64,000 nucleotides of DNA, taken from contig JBAZLC010000003.1 in assembly GCA_041650415.1 (NCBI GenBank), positions 2,033 through 66,032 of the forward strand, given 5' to 3'. Below, piece after piece: positions 63,158-64,000 of this stretch. The notes under the pieces were generated by a model. The model was not told the DNA's origin. It searched no databases and was given only the letters and a program-made list of their open reading frames with translations. The translations under genes were made by a program, and so were the position numbers. Source of the DNA: Minisyncoccota bacterium (GTDB taxonomy: Bacteria > Patescibacteriota > Minisyncoccia > UBA6257 > UBA9933). The stretch's first letter is position 1. Each line of letters opens with the position of its first letter.

Positions 63158-64000
63158 AGCATTTGGCGGGAGAACTCCCGATTACATTTTTATCGTTTGC
63201 GCTTTACTGCTGACCGTTTTTGGATTGGTCATGCTTTCTTCGGCGTCTTCGGATTTGGGAAAGATAAAATTTGACGATACTTATTATTATTTAAAACACC
63301 AAATTATTTACGGATTGGGATTGGGCGCCATCGGATTTTTATTCGCTTTTTTCATAGATTACCGTTTTTGGCAAAGAATAGCAGCGCCCCTGCTTATCTT
63401 AAATTTATTTTTACTTGTTTTAGTTTTCACGCCTTTGGGTTTTTCGCACGCCGGCGCGAGCCGCTGGCTGGATTTGGGATTTATGTCCATTCAGCCCGCC
63501 GAACTGCTTAAATTTTCTTTTATAGTTTATCTTGCCGCCTGGCTGGCTCCGCGTGCAAAAGGCGCGAATAAAGACGCGCGCCAAAAAGATTTTTGGGCGG
63601 GATATTTTCCGTTTTTAGTCATTTGCGGGCTGGTGGCGGTTTTAGTCGTTATTCAACGTTCGACTTCCGCCGTGGCGATTATTATGGCGGCCGGACTTTT
63701 GGTTTATTTTGCCAGCGGCGCCAGAATTTCTTACATTCTTAGCACTATTCTTATTGGGCTTGTGGCATTTGGCCTGCTTATTTCTTTTTCACCGTACCGT
63801 TTGGACCGCGTGGAAACTTATTTTAAAATGATTACTCATTCGGAATCGATAGATTATGAATCCAGCGCTTTCCAGGTTAATCAATCATTAATATCTATCG
63901 GATCGGGAGGTTTAACCGGCGTGGGCTTCGGTCAATCAACGGCCAAATTTAAACGCCTGCCGGAACCGATAAGCGATTCTATTTTCGCGGTTATCGCGGA
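63147..64000 (+). CDS. SEDS-family peptidoglycan glycosyltransferase FtsW/RodA, 3'-truncated at the window edge
   Basis: ATG at 63147 overlapping the amidohydrolase stop. Translation MKFKAFGGRTPDYIFIVCALLLTVFGLVMLSSAS...SIQPAELLKFSFIVYLAAW...LPEPISDSIFAVIAE matches FtsW/RodA. No stop before 64000. Confidence 0.75.
   Translation, partial: MKFKAFGGRTPDYIFIVCALLLTVFGLVMLSSASSDLGKIKFDDTYYYLKHQIIYGLGLGAIGFLFAFFIDYRFWQRIAAPLLILNLFLLVLVFTPLGFSHAGASRWLDLGFMSIQPAELLKFSFIVYLAAWLAPRAKGANKDARQKDFWAGYFPFLVICGLVAVLVVIQRSTSAVAIIMAAGLLVYFASGARISYILSTILIGLVAFGLLISFSPYRLDRVETYFKMITHSESIDYESSAFQVNQSLISIGSGGLTGVGFGQSTAKFKRLPEPISDSIFAVIA

Noticed and set aside
1-64000. CRISPR arrays, rRNA genes, transposases or integrases
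   Set aside because: No regularly spaced direct repeats, no rRNA-like conserved stretches, and no transposase- or integrase-like ORFs were seen. The only tandem repeat is the 7-bp x4 unit inside the GT-C gene.

Overview
This 64-kb window reads as a low-GC (~38-40% by eye), SD-poor, streamlined bacterial chromosome segment, probably CPR/Patescibacteria-like. Supporting observations (inference): no rpmD/L30 between rpsE and rplO, lysine/glutamate-rich tails on several r-proteins, a LamG-domain type IV pilin, and many small membrane proteins.

The core is the conserved translation cluster, rearranged:
- mreB(partial)-rpmF-nusB-rpsD-rpoA-rplQ lies upstream of tuf-rpsJ.
- A ~950-bp non-coding, structured and GC-richer insertion separates rpsJ from rplC.
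- rplC through rplO, secY, adk and map follow in the normal order.
- infA/rpmJ/rpsM/rpsK are missing after map; a GT2 glycosyltransferase, greA, serS and an FtsQ-like gene come instead.

The rest is accessory or housekeeping:
- a minus-strand type IV pilin (LamG) plus GT-C (PMT/ArnT-like) glycosyltransferase operon, with a perfect 7-bp x4 tandem repeat inside the GT-C gene;
- ychF and a PAP2 membrane protein;
- a GT4-GT4-hydrolase-DedA envelope cluster and an MliC-like lipoprotein;
- a REC + Cache/HAMP/PAS histidine kinase + two substrate-binding-protein genes, one broken by an in-frame TGA;
- typA and an ECF sigma/anti-sigma pair;
- a GC-rich PIN-PhoH gene, FKBP, a DEAD-box helicase, obg, a GC-rich coiled-coil protein and rarA;
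- an M15B peptidase, a VOC protein, and a GC-rich pyrF-pyrE fusion;
- a NUDIX hydrolase, a nucleotidyltransferase, tRNA-Gln(CTG), a free-standing LAGLIDADG homing endonuclease and dnaX;
- a 3D-domain protein, an LDT+M23 peptidase, scpA/scpB, a D,D-carboxypeptidase, mraY, an amidohydrolase and a partial ftsW/rodA.

The most unusual signals are non-coding. There are three consensus sigma70 promoter + intrinsic-terminator elements with no convincing ORF: 5282-5600 between rpsJ and rplC, 48566-48895, and 61276-61668. There are also several ~50-56% GC islands whose genes carry strong Shine-Dalgarno sites, unlike the native genes. All coordinates, repeats and hairpins were read by eye and need computational confirmation. 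No CRISPR array or rRNA was seen.
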